From Haliotis cracherodii (lineage: Eukaryota), in NCBI RefSeq assembly GCF_022045235.1, contig NW_027266275.1:12586001-12650000 (forward strand): a stretch of DNA of 64,000 nucleotides, in the 5' to 3' direction. Below, in pieces: positions 35,849 to 48,844 of this stretch. Every line of letters begins with the position of its first letter. Within the stretch, counting starts at the first letter, position 1. Made by a program: the position numbers and the translations under genes. The notes under the pieces were generated by a model. It worked only from the letters and a program-made list of their open reading frames with translations, ran no database searches and had not been told where the DNA came from.

Positions 35849-36393
35849 GAACTTGTTTTTTTACGCTGGTTAAACAAGAAAAATACACGAAGCCGTGGGG
35901 ATTCTGGGATTAAAATATAGGTTTCCAGCAACTCATGATGTCAATCACTTGATTGTCTTGTCTAGACTTGATAATTTACAAAGCGCAGTTATACAGCTAG
36001 AATATTACTGAGTCCGGCGTTAAACAACCAACACAAACAAACAAACATACGATGACAAGGACGGTCTGCCACGTAAGGAACAGAATGACAGCTGGGAAAT
36101 TCATTTGTAGTGAAGAATTGTATCTCAACCTGTCTGTCGTCTGCAATGTGGCCTAGCGGGTGAATAAGACATCTGACGATGATACTTTCCTGACTGATCG
36201 GGACATTGTAATCTATCTATACAATTTGGAAAAAGTCACTATTTGAACTGGAGAATCAGTTATTGTTGGTCCTAAAATCACATAAAATCATGCCAGCAGG
36301 TAACTCTAATTGTTTGACTGGTAAAATTGGATCTATGATAGAGCTTAGTCAATCTTTGATAACACCGAAATTTATCCAACATATAGTATTATA

Positions 36394-37661
36394 CGAGGGC
36401 TGGTCAAAGAGTTCTAACCTAAGCCTGACTAACTTTCAACTATAGACTATAACAAGTGAACTAGTGAATGTTGTACCCTGTTTGAGTAGTTCATCGCACG
36501 TGTATTTGGTCTGTTGAGGCCGTGTGTATAGTAGTGACAGCCAGTTGAACGTGATAGGGGTCCAAATGGACACAGAAATTGAAAAGAATGAGTACCGAGC
36601 AGTCATCAAGTTCTTTACTTTAGAGAAAAGTACTCCCCAAGAAATTCATGACCGCATGTCACAAGTGTATGGGGATAAGTGCCCTAGACATTCCACTGTT
36701 AAACGTTGGGCAGCTATGTTTAAGGCTGGGAGAACAAGCTTTGATGATGACCCTAGGTCTGGACGTCCCTCAACTTCCATCAATGAGGATTCAATCGGTG
36801 AGACAGAAAAACTTATACTGTCAGATAGACGTATTACCATTACTGAACTTGAGGAAGACACAAGTCTAAAGTCATGGATCCACTGAAACTATTATTCATA
36901 AATATTTACAGATGAAGAAGATATCTTCTCGTTGAGCGCCAAAGATTCTAAATTCTGATCTTAAGGATAATAGAAGTGACATTGCCAGTGAAAATTTGAG
37001 CTAAATGAAGAGGAGTTCCTCATATTCAAAAACAGATTAGTAACGGATGATGGAGCAGTGGTGTTCCACTATGATCCCGAGTCAAAACGCCAATCCATGG
37101 CATGGCAGCATTCCACTTCACAGGCACCAAAGAAATTCAGATCTTCAAGATCAGTGAAGAAAGTTATGGCCACTGTATTCTGGGATGCAAAGGGAGTGAT
37201 CCTTGTTGATTACTTATAGAAAGTCAAAAGACGATTACCGGTGCCTACTACGTGCTGATTTGCTTCATTGCCTGAGAGATTCTATCAAAGAAAAACGGCG
37301 GGGAATGCTGACTGATAGAGCTCTACTACTTCATGACAATGCCTCTTCTCACACCGCTCGACTTGCAAAGGCTTCTGTACGACAATGTGGTTTCGAAGAG
37401 ATTCTTCATCCTCCATATTCGCCATACCTGGTAATAAGTGATTTCCACCTGTTTCCTAAACTGAAAGAACACCTTTGTGGAAAGTGCTATGGCGACAACG
37501 ATACCTCCAAGCTGCCGCGAATGGGTTTTTCAGGGTGGTTTCAGAAGACTTCTTCCTGACTGGAAATGCAAAGCTTCACTATCGATGTGAGAAGTGTATT
37601 GAACAGCAGGGAGAATTGTTGGTTTTGTTTGTTGGGCTTAGAACGTTTTGACTAGCCCTTG
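36394..37661 (+). mobile_element. Full-length decayed mariner transposon (~1.27 kb, irritans/Himar1-Hsmar2-like)
   Basis: TA|CGAGGGCTGGTCAAAGAGTTCTAA ... TTAGAACGTTTTGACTAGCCCTTG|TA. Confidence 0.92.
36566..37610 (+). pseudogene. Mariner transposase pseudogene
   Basis: EYRAVIKFF, DDPRSGRPST, HYDPESKRQS, VMATVFWDAKG, LLLHDNA, HPPYSPYL..SDFHLF; frameshifts and stops. Confidence 0.9.
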
Positions 37662-40352
37662 TACAAGTGCTGTTTTCCTGTTTACACCATGATGATAACA
37701 CAGATATGATGTTATCACGACTCTGTTCCCCATAACTCCACTCAAGTGGAAATGATATTCGTGACGTCATGACAGGTGCGCTTCAAATCCGTGTTAGTGT
37801 ACAGAATATGAAGTAAGTTGTTTCGCTTTGTTACCTGGGCACAAAAGGGGCCGTGACCAGGCTGACATCAACAGTCGATTGTTTGTTATTTGCAAAGTCA
37901 TAAATAGTCAGGGTGTGTTGTGTGCCTAAGGGCTCACATACGATTTGTGACCTCTAGCTTAGCCCTAGCCTGTCTCACGGTCCCTGATCCATATTATTTA
38001 ATTTCCCCTTTTCGTCCAGCCCTTACTGTAACGCTACATTCCTAAATAAAGCAAGTCTAGATTTTCCCAATCTCCCATCTCACTGGGATCTTTTTTAATT
38101 TAAATGGAGTTGTTTGTTTTTATCAAAATATATTTTTAGAGACTAAGAGTAAGTCTAGCTTATCTCCAATGTCTCCGCATAAGTGGTTATGGCTGTCTGA
38201 TTGTTAAGCCTTATTCAGAACACATTCACTTGATCTCCTGTATACAAGTGATATGAAGTAAGATACATCTAATACAGACAAATATTTTAAGATGTTCTGA
38301 TAATGGACACGGAGAATCGTCTGTAGGCGATCGGTTTAAGTGGTATTCAGGTCTATGAACCGTACGCTAAAGGTTGAAGCCCAATTGTTTTCTTTAGATG
38401 GTTGATTTATTTGTGCCGGTTAAGACACGAACTAGAGAAATGGCCCATGAAGAAATAATCGCAGTTCAGTTATTTCGCAAACAGCCCGAGGTCTCGATCA
38501 CAATAGAAAACAAAGCCAATATTTACCATCAGAGTTTCGCGAATGGGTGGCTCAACTCGAGCTTAATTATCTGAAACGGGAGGAGCTATTTGTATGTCAA
38601 CAACAGCGAGTTTCCATCAGGATTTTAAAAATGCTTTCAAGCATTCGACAAGAGAGTCGATATGTCAATCATGGATCGATAGCAGGCGTGGCTAAGTAGG
38701 TCTACACCTGCAGTGTATACAACTCAGATGGTGGTAGATAGCAGACGACAGAGAGCAGACGACAGCCCGAGCAGACGACACTTGTTGCCGGGTGCTGCCA
38801 CAATGCGGAGGGGAGGTTTGGAATGAGTGTACAACTTGCTGCTATTAGCCTGGGGAAGAGGACATATTTGACCTATATGGTGATTGCATTCATTCCTCTT
38901 TGTTTCTATTATACCGTGTGTGGTCTAGATACGATAGGCATTCTGTCCCTTCTTTGTAGCGGGGCTAATACATTATGACACTTACCTATTGACATTGAAA
39001 TTTCGCCTTTTGCTTGTATAATGACAAATGTCGGATCTGTACACATGTGGACCTTTATTGGTATCCGCTTTCACTCGGAACCTGTTTTATTGGCACATCA
39101 TAGTGACAAAAGTAGTCGGCTAGCAATACAGGTCACGACTGTGTCTTGATCCGAGGTTTTATTCAGTACCAGACAGAGGTACTGAATGTGCATTTTGTGC
39201 ACCTAAGTGTCAGCCCTTGACTTGCTGAAATGCCAGATCTTTAAATGTATTCTGGGTATTTACCCTATTGAAGGTACAGTCGGAGCTACGACAACTGTGG
39301 CAGGCGGTTTAGTTCAGTAATGATCGACGAGGCAACGAGAAGGGGAATTTGTAATTAACCACAGACCGTCTCGTGTTGGGAACACCGGCGATAACACCGA
39401 TCTCGCGGGTATAAGGTAAAAACTATCACAATGTAAACTTTGTATTAATTGTTTGATTTGTATGTTATCACTTTCAAACAGTACAGAGAAAGCGATAGAC
39501 TTAAACTGTGTTACAGTATCAATACTCGTGGTTACCATGTGTGCTGTATGTAGTTGACCTTGCGAACGGTCAATGTACTGTATACATTTCATCATTGTTT
39601 ATTAAGTGTCCATTAAGACATATTCTTAAATGTCAATTGAAGTTATCAATTCGTTAGTAAAGTGTACCTTTGTAAGATTTACCCCTGGAAATATTCCAAC
39701 GCTTGTGAATGTATTTATAATACATATTTTTGTTCAGCTCTCTATTGTTATATACGTTACAGACTCGGATGGTTATTATTAGTATTCACGGACATGAGCG
39801 CTGACCGCTTTGCAAGGTGACGCGCATAGAAATGATGGTTAATTATTTACCGAATACCTCTGACTTTACACGGAATTCTAGCTACTCGTTCTTGACTGGA
39901 AGGGTATACGTAAACACATTGATATACACAGTAAACACCTTGAAAGGTTCAATAAACACAGTGGTCAAGGTCTTAAGAAGTCCCTCTGCCATCAACAAAT
40001 GTCAGTGCGTCCATGTGTGTTACTCATGTGGTTGCCGTTACACAAGGTAGTCGTAGCGTAGATTCACGGTAATCGTAACACTTCGACTGTCGTAACTTCT
40101 TTTCCATACGTAGATACACGGTAGTAATAAAACTGCATTTGTCGTAATTCCGTTTCTCTACGGTAGTCGTAACACTGATACTGTCTAAGTCCGTTTCTCT
40201 ACGTATATTTACGGTACTGTCGTAAGTCTCTTTCTATACGTATATTTACGGAAGTCGTAACACTGCTACTGTCGTAGGTCCGTTTCTCTACGAAGATAGA
40301 TGTCCGATAGTCATAAAAATGCGATTAGCGTAACTTCTTTTCTGTACGTAGT

Positions 40353-40854
40353 CATCTTCCCGAGGCAAGGGAGTTTCCATCCTTGCCGCACTAGGCTCGT
40401 ATTATGGAGTTACATTTTGGCTAGACTAACGAGTCTATGCATAGTCCAATCAAAATCGGTTAACGAAATCGAAATCCGGTTCGTAAACTGTCATGCAGGT
40501 TTCGGTCTATTGCAGTATTTGCAAAGCATGTGCATCGCCAACTCGTTGTCAACAGATATTTTCCAAATATTTTCATGTTTTTAATGAAGACGCTCACGTG
40601 ATTTGAAGCAGTTCGCGATATAAGACCCCTTTTATAAAAATATAGATCTTGATTATCGGTCAGATCTCCTTGACTGGGCGCCGCCATTTTGTTTGAAGCA
40701 AGTGCAAGTGATGCGAGAGGTGGAATCTGATTGGTGAAGGGACATAACACGTAATAGCCACTGGTGGCGCTACGATCGAGCCCAGAAATTCCAGCCTTGT
40801 TCGGCAAGGGACTGGATTTTTAAAGTCAGTAAACTCTCTTGCCTCGGGAAGTTG
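40353..40854. mobile_element. MITE family Y inserted in a degenerate ~50-bp tandem repeat (~40045-40350)
   Basis: CATCTTCCCGAGGCAAGGGAGTT ... AACTCTCTTGCCTCGGGAAGTTG. Confidence 0.85.
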
Positions 40855-41470
40855 GTAGACGGTAGTCACGGCGCTAAGGTCGGGGTCGCGCATATATTGC
40901 TCCAGCATATCTTATTACCCATGGTGCATATGTAATACGCACTTGTTAAAACAAAAAATCTCTTGAGTTTAACAGGCTCAAACTATAACAATGAGATTAG
41001 TGTTATTGAAATGGCAAGTATGTTAGGAATAAGGGTACATATGAAACTAATGTGTCTGAGTAACGTAATAACAATACTGGCCCGTGGGGACTCGGGCTAC
41101 AACAGGTACTCAATACCCCATGTTTGTCGTGAGAGCTAATGCCATGGAATAAAATAGTTACGTGTCACCTGTCGGATTATGTGCCATCGTTTCCCGACAA
41201 GATAAATTGCTGTTTGTGCTTTCACTGGTGTGTGATTCTAATATTTACCGGCCGACAAGATAGAGCTAGAATATTAAGCAATACGCACAACCTAATTCAC
41301 TGCATTATAAGGGTCTTTCACTGTAGGCGTGGGTGGGCCGGTGGGATTGGCCTCAGGAGTGTATTTTGCTGCGCACAGCCCACCCCCAACCCCACCCCCA
41401 AACACACACATTTTATGCAACATCTTTTCATCCCCAAATACATTTTTGACCCCATCCTCCCTCTAACAAA

Positions 41471-41510
<40 letters not shown>

Positions 41511-42182
41511 CCACTTTTTCCACACCAACCTCTTCTAAATTTCTAAATGTCTAAATTTCAGGTTGACAAAGATACCAAAATACCAGTACAAGGGTAAAAT
41601 ATTAATGTAGCATAATTATGACCGTAAAGCGAATAAAGTGCATTCATCATAAAAAATAACCAAATAATTCTTATAAATTGTCTCGAGGTAAGCATAGTAA
41701 TCTATAAGCAATGTTTACAAACATCGACTTCCAGCCCCAACATCCAATCAGTCAGACTGGCAAGGCTTTTACAAATAATACGTGCACATGCAAACTCCCC
41801 TTTCATGGGTGGGTCTTTAAGTCATTGTAATGTTACTTGTTATTCTATGTGCAAATAGTGTAGACTTAACCTTCAATGTAAGTTCTTTTCAGGCTTCGCA
41901 ATCTCACCGGTCAACCACCCTCTATAATAAACAGCCAGTCCGTACGGTATTATTGCAATATGATGAACTGTTCGACGCCCTGGACCCGTTGTGTTTCTTT
42001 TGACACCATTGTATAAGGTGTATCCTTTAACTTTACAGGAGTCGACGAAGCGAAGGTCCATCAGCTCCCACCAGTCGGAGGACGGACAGTCAAACTTCAG
42101 CGGAGACCCTCCAACATCACCATCCAAAAGTCGGTTTCCCATTCACCTACAATTAAGCAGCATTCTCGAGAACGGCTGCAAA

Positions 42183-43499
42183 ATGTCCGTGTCCAATAAT
42201 CTCTTCTACGCTGTGTTAAAGGCTCGGTTTCAGAAAACAAGGTTCCTTCTGGATAGATTCACTGATGTTAATAGTCGCAACGACTTCGGCTACAACACTC
42301 TAGTAGCAGCTCTCCACATAGAACACGATGTCAAGCGACACAAGATGTTCACAATGTTGATACGTCACGGCGCAGACCCTGAGAGGAAGGACCTCACCCA
42401 CGGGAGGAACACACTCTCCTGGGCGTGTCACCTGGGGAGGGAGCGCCAGGTGGAGCACCTCCTACTGGACTATGGGGGAGATATGGACCTAGCGGAGAGA
42501 GACAACGATGGGCTGACCGCTCTTCATCATGCTACACACGCGGGCTGCTTGACTATCGTGAAGCTTCTGATCCAAACCTTCCTCAAGTACAGACTCTCCG
42601 TGGACGTCCAGGACAATCGTGGGATGACACCCTATGTTCACGCAAGGAGGCTGGGCTTTAAGGAAATCGCTGACATCCTAAGACAGGAAGGAAGTGCCTC
42701 TCCGGCTAAGTCGGATTCCAGGTTCTTCAAATCTCCACGTGAGTGGTCTCAGATTGGGAAGTTTGAGAGACAGAAAGACGAAGAGCTCCGGAGAAGGGAG
42801 GAGAAGATCAGGGCAAAGATTGAAGGTCGTGTTACCAGGTTTAAATTCGGGAATAAGTTGCAGGGTTCAGACTTAACCAGAACTGTAATCCCCGAAGAGT
42901 CAGGACAAGAGAAGTTGTTTGTTAAGAGGACTGTTAACAAACCGGATACAGAAAGTGACAATGCTCAACGTGAAACCCATTCTCTCCCCCCTGATATAGC
43001 ATCTGTTAGGGCAAGCCCAGATACCACAAGGGTTCGGCCCAAGTCAGACCGACTTTATGACGAGCCTGATGGATCTAAAGGTGGCTCACAAGATGTCGCT
43101 ATATCTCTAATTGGGATGTCAGGAACGGAACATGGTCGCATAGCTGATACCTTTCATCATAGTCAGCTTGACACGACCAAGGTGTCTGAATACACAGAGA
43201 TGCTAGGAGGTGTACATGCTTTAATGACCATTCTGTCTCAAGAAAAAACGCCATCTTTTCGAAAATCGGTCGTTCATGAACCCCCGCCTGTCACCAAGAT
43301 CCCACAGAAATCCAAATCTAAAGTTTCAACGCTAGCCATTCTGTTCGGCAAAGATAAGGCCAAGAATAGGAGGTCGGGCCGGAAAGGGAGAGGGGTCAGA
43401 GACAAGGTTGACGCCCGGAAGCGAAGACAGGGTCTGCTAGGAGGAAAATCAAAACAGGTGATACTGCCGGATATTCGTTTAAATGATCGTGCTGTGTGA
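42183..43499 (+). CDS. Ankyrin-repeat protein, ANKRD63/ANKRD34-like (N-terminal ankyrin repeats, charged/basic disordered tail)
   Basis: Ankyrin motifs GYNTLVAAL, GRNTLSWACHLG, GLTALHHATHAG, GMTPYVHARRLG; LIQTFLKYRLSVD resembles the ANKRD63 segment before the last repeat; exon probably begins at TTTACAG| (~42039), so an N-terminal extension from an upstream exon is possible. Confidence 0.8.
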   Translation: MSVSNNLFYAVLKARFQKTRFLLDRFTDVNSRNDFGYNTLVAALHIEHDVKRHKMFTMLIRHGADPERKDLTHGRNTLSWACHLGRERQVEHLLLDYGGDMDLAERDNDGLTALHHATHAGCLTIVKLLIQTFLKYRLSVDVQDNRGMTPYVHARRLGFKEIADILRQEGSASPAKSDSRFFKSPREWSQIGKFERQKDEELRRREEKIRAKIEGRVTRFKFGNKLQGSDLTRTVIPEESGQEKLFVKRTVNKPDTESDNAQRETHSLPPDIASVRASPDTTRVRPKSDRLYDEPDGSKGGSQDVAISLIGMSGTEHGRIADTFHHSQLDTTKVSEYTEMLGGVHALMTILSQEKTPSFRKSVVHEPPPVTKIPQKSKSKVSTLAILFGKDKAKNRRSGRKGRGVRDKVDARKRRQGLLGGKSKQVILPDIRLNDRAV

Positions 43500-43597
43500 C
43501 ACTCGTGTAAGCCATTCCTGTGATAACTGAAACCAAGAGGCTTCGGATAAATCGTAGTGTGTGACCAGTATTCAGTATAACCGGCATGCAGCACAAT

Positions 43598-44120
43598 GTG
43601 ACTGGTATTCAGCATAAAGTGACTGGTATTCAGCATAAAGTGACTGGTATTCAATATAACGTGACTGTTATTCAGTATTATGTGATTGGTATTCAGCATA
43701 AAGTGACTGTTATTCAGTATTATGTGACTGGTATTCACCATAAAGTGACTGGTATTCAGTAATATGTGACTGGTATTCACCATAAAGTGACTGTTATTCA
43801 GCATAAAGTGACTGTTATTCAGTAATATGTGACTGGTATTCACCATAAAGTGACTCTTATTCAGTAATATGTGACTGGTATTCACCATAAAGTGACTTTT
43901 ATTCAGCATAAAGTGACTCTTATTCAGTAATATGTGACTGGTATTCACCATAAAGTGACTTTTATTCAGCATAAAGTGACTCTTATTCAGTAATATGTGA
44001 CTGGTATTCACCATAAAGTGACTGGTATTCAGTAATATGTGACTGGTGTTCAGCATAAAGTGACTGTTATTCAGCATAAAGTGACTGGTGTTCACCATAA
44101 AGTTATTGGTATTCAGTATT
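43598..44120. repeat. 21-bp minisatellite just downstream of the ankyrin gene stop
   Basis: Unit GTGACTGGTATTCAGCATAAA and variants. Confidence 0.93.
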
Positions 44121-47100
44121 AACCTAGTAGACAATGTATGCTTTATGATGACTACCAAAGGCAAGTACAATATTACGTGACGTATAGTATCTTCACAATC
44201 ATAATGCTCTTAATACAAATGCACTTTTGTATACTCGAATATTATATTTTAACGACCTTAACAGTATTATCAACAGACAAACAAATGGCACATTCGGGTG
44301 TTGCTGTCCCGTCTGTTATTCTAATTACAGATAAACGTCAAACATTCTTGTCGCCTTGTTGAATCTATGACCATCTCAGTTACAGACTGGTGAACGTTCA
44401 CTGTCCAAAGAACGAACATGTCAGCGCATGCGTATTCATAGCCTGCAATTCGATAGCCCATATGATAGCGCCCCTATACACTAAGGCGTTGATAGTGTCG
44501 ACGTGCTAAGCCAGTCGAGACGATGACAATGGAGTGCATTGTATTATACCAGTTGCATGTTAAGATGTTCCAGTAAACTCTGCTGATGGATATACTGGTT
44601 TACATGTGCCTGTCACAACGCCCACTAAACTTGAAGGCGACTCACGGGATCGGGTGGTCAGGCTCGCTGAGTTGGTTGATGCATGTGATCGATCCAAATT
44701 GGTGTGGATCGTTGCTCTTGATTTCAATCACTGGATTGTCTGATCCAGGCTCGATTATTTACAGACCGCTGACATATAGCCGGAATATTACTGAATGCGG
44801 CGCTAAACAACAAACAAACAAACAAAATCCTAAACATGACAACAATTTAAGACACTATAACACAGATATATCAGAGCATTTGTTCAAATTCTATGACGCA
44901 TTCAAACCGTCCTTAAACCTTTATAATTTATAAATACATTATCTGAAAAGGTAATTGGTTGTGTTAAGAAGTTAATTTGACGACACAATCATAGTAATTC
45001 GTTCGAAGGTTTGGCTATAAAATGTTTATCAGATTGTATCGATTTACCATGATCAACCGGTTGCAAATATCCGATAATGGGTTTTCACCCCAGCTACGAA
45101 TTCAAAACAAAAGGAAAACATGAATCGACAAGACTGTTAGGAGAATCGTCAAGTGCAGACAACAAGGCTGGTATTTCTGGGTGACAATGGAGTTGTAGGG
45201 GGTTATCGGCCATATCTGAAGGACTACATGTGTGTCACTTTCGTCACGAGTTGTCAGGATTATGTAGAGACTATCGATTCGTCAGCCAAGCATCAGGCTG
45301 GTGATATGTAAGGGGGTAAAAAATATCTAGATTCTCTCTCAGTCAGTTTTACTGCCTACATCATACTACTTTTGATTTTCATATCGTACAGAAAGAAACC
45401 AGTTGTTCAGTTATCTTAATAATAATATAATAAAAGGGAGCCCAGTGACTCTGTTCATTTTCCGACCTGATACTGCAGTAATCTTGACTTGCCAACCATT
45501 AGACTTGCATGGGCTGTATTTGGTATATATTTGTATCAGGGTCTGTAAGACAGACTAGCCGTGTCCATGTACCCAATGTAACTCCATGCTCACGCCATGC
45601 AAACATGCGACGAGAGTACATTATTTTGTAAGGTTAAGGCTCCACTGCAGCTTTATTGCAGTTTAATGACATATCTACAACGAGAGTACCGATGTCAGTA
45701 TAAGAAACAGGTTGCATTATATAGGCAGTGTGACTAGTAATCGATTTCTACAAAACACTGGTCAATCCTGTACCTGATATCAATAATCCATAGCTAACCA
45801 ATTTTAATAAACGTAAGATTCCTTTATGGATTTCAAGTGAACTTGGAGTAATTGATTTGAGTCGACGGGAGTTCAGGTTCTGTTATGTACAGTTGAACAA
45901 ACAGTCTATTATCCAACACATAACAAGAGGCACTATACATCTGGTCCGACTACCCGACCGACCTCGTTACAGAGGGGACGTTTATCCCCACCCTGCGTAC
46001 ACCACACCACGTTAGACTGGAGGGTGGGGTACGCGATTGTCAGACCAGCGCCGCAACTTACTCATGTAGGACAGCCGAATAAATAAATAGAAAATACTAC
46101 ACTCATTCTCGTAAGATACTATTTTTACGAAACGAGTAGACTTTCAAAGTCACATTTCACGAGTTTCGTAAACATGCATACCAAATACTCCAAATTCTTG
46201 TCAAACGTTCGAGATATTTTAAATAGCAACGTATAAAATGTCATTTTGTTATATCTTATTTTATTCAATATTGTTTTATTATGTATATTTTATGCAAAGT
46301 TATTAATCATGAATTCCCCAGCGGGTATTATCTGAAATTTATCTTTTTACGTATATTCACTCCGATTTAAAGTTTGTATACTTATTTTATTTTGTTTCGA
46401 TATCAGAATCAATTTCCGACCTAACTAATGATACATGTACAAAGAGACCACTAGTCTGAGTTCGTTATAACCGTAGTTCGTTATAACCGTAGTTCGTTGC
46501 AACAAATATAAAACATATATTCAGCAAATGGACGGGACCAAAAAACAGTTCTTTTTATCCCCTAGTATAAGCGTGTAAGTTATAAATGTAGTTTACTGTA
46601 TACAGGCTTTGTAGCGTACTCTGGACAAATATCCCGCCGCTAAACAAGTGATGATAGCTGTCCCGTTCCGCAGAAAGTTGACCTGAAGGCAATGAAACAT
46701 TGCACTTTTCTCCCAGGGTGTTACCATAAAGATTCAAATAAAATATGTGTTGGTGATCACATTACCATATTTATTCGCAATTATGTCCCCAGAAACAAGA
46801 ATCAAACAAAGGTTAAAAAAAAGTAAAAAATTCAAAGTAATGAAGTCTGAATACTGGTTTGTTTAAAGTCTTTGACACGTATTGTAAAACCCATAACTCA
46901 ACAAGGAGGAATACCTTTTGCGTCTATAAAACGAAGGATTTGACATGTCCAAATAAAAAAATCGATGTCAGCATAAACATGAATTTGACGATCGAACTTT
47001 CAATTTGTCGTGACCTTGTATTGTACGAGATCGGATCGATGAATTCGTGTGTTTATGGCTAGCGGATCCGGACAACCGGTTTATGGTAAAGTCCTGCAGG

Positions 47101-47271
47101 TGATGTAAGGCTTCTCGTTGTATGGTACAATGGTTTAATCTTATCTCCTCAACGCCTACAGGCCGGGCTTTGATGTCGTACAGCCAGATAAGCAGGGCGT
47201 GTGTATTCGTATGAATTTATGTATTGACAGTCTCGTCTTACACAGAGTTGACAAACTTTGTGGCCGGCGTT

Positions 47272-47925
47272 GGACAGACAGACAGACAGACAATAGTTTA
47301 TTAACGTCTCACTCCTGTTCATACATAGAACAGCTTTATACAACCTGACAAAGATAAAATGTACAGAACCATTCAATAGAATTATGAGAGACGAATTATC
47401 ACAGAATTTATACATAAATGATATCAAGATGATATAGTAAAAAGTTATCCATATAACAGATGTTTTCTACGATTAAGAATTAAAAAGCAGACTTTGGCAA
47501 GTATAAAACACACACTGGAGTCACTGAAAATAAAACGAAGTTTGTCGATATCAGGTATATCTAAAAAATTATAAGATTTAGCAATACATTCATTCATTAA
47601 AAACAGTTGCCCTGATATCATATAATGCGTAGTGAAACAAAACATGGACCTCGTCTTTTACGCTGTCTTTACAGTGAAAACATTTTCTATTATTGACAGG
47701 TACACCTTCGTATCGACCGGTTTCCACTCGAATAGGAGCCACTCCACATCTAAACTTGGCTAGTGCCGATCTATAGTTTCTGGGCATCTTATTTGAAACA
47801 AAGTATTCTGTCCCATATACTTGTTTGTAATACCGATACATTCTCAATTTATTAAGCCCATTTCGCCCCTCTTCCTTTCTTAACATGTCACTCCAACGGG
47901 TAACATATTCATTCGTTGGACGTTC
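47272..47925 (-). mobile_element. 5'-truncated LINE 3' end (RTEX-like C-terminal zinc finger)
   Basis: LRMYRYYK..RSALAKFRCGVAPIRVETGRY..RKCFHC..KDEVHVLF; AATAAA followed by (TGTC)n tail. Confidence 0.75.
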
Positions 47926-48053
47926 ACACCATTCCAGTATTGTTACTTGAACCTACTTGTTCATATGTACCGTAATATATGCTCAATTTTGTACGTATGT
48001 AGCCTAATATAAAATCACACCAACAGGGTTTATATTGGACCAATGTGATAGGT

Positions 48054-48216
48054 GAGTGAGTGAGTAATGTTTTACGCCGCCTTTAGCACTATTCCAGCAA
48101 TATCACGGCGGGGGACACCAGAAATGGGCTTCACACATTGTACCCATGTCGGGAATCGAACCCGGGTCTTCGGCGTGACGAGCGAACGCTTTAACAACTA
48201 GGCTACCCGACCGCCC
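48054..48216 (-). mobile_element. SINE family A, young copy with TSD
   Basis: TSD CCAATGTGATAGGT at 48040-48053 and 48217-48230. Confidence 0.93.
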
Positions 48217-48844
48217 CCAATGTGATAGGTATCATATGACTTGCTGTCGGGGTTTCAAGAGAACCTGGTGGTATATTTTATGATATTGCTGGTGGGTCAA
48301 TACTGAAACTGTTTTAAGAGTTGTTATATATTTCAGAAGCGAATGGACAAGTGCTATACTTGACAAATATTGTCATCACAAGTAGCATAGGCCCCGTGGA
48401 GATTCAGGGTTTGATTAAGCCCCCAGAAACATATTCTTGTCGAAGAGGTGACCAACGGATCGGGAAGTCAGGCTTGGTGACTTGGTTAAAACGTGTCCTC
48501 GTACTCCGACGGCGTTGATCGTTGCTCATAATATCAATCACTGGCCCAGACTGGATTATTGAGAAGCCGCCGTCATGTAGCTGGAATGGTTTTGAATGCG
48601 TCGATAAATACTAACAAACACGCATTAAGTTAGTGTCTTCCATCAGCCCTTACGATACTTTGATTGAGCGTGTGAATGTTGTTTAGCAACGCAGTAAGCG
48701 GACAATTCTTTTTGAATAATCAAGTCAGGACCAGACAAACCAGAGACGGAAAGGTATGACCAACGATTCACGCTATCGGAGCACTCAGTCAGCCAAGTCA
48801 CCGAGCCCGACCACACGATCCTCTTCAATAGGATCTAACGTCAG

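Noticed and set aside
37755-37818. CRE palindrome TGACGTCA and ATGAA|GTAAGT as first coding exon of the ankyrin gene
   Set aside because: Phase does not match the acceptor at ~42039; it could be a non-coding exon but nothing else supports it.
43274-44170. 298-aa minus-strand ORF (NTSHFML repeats)
   Set aside because: Minisatellite read antisense to the ankyrin gene.
48054-48216. tRNA-Asp/Glu-like sequence as a real tRNA gene (also other SINE heads)
   Set aside because: No proper acceptor stem; fused to SINE body and tail and flanked by a TSD.
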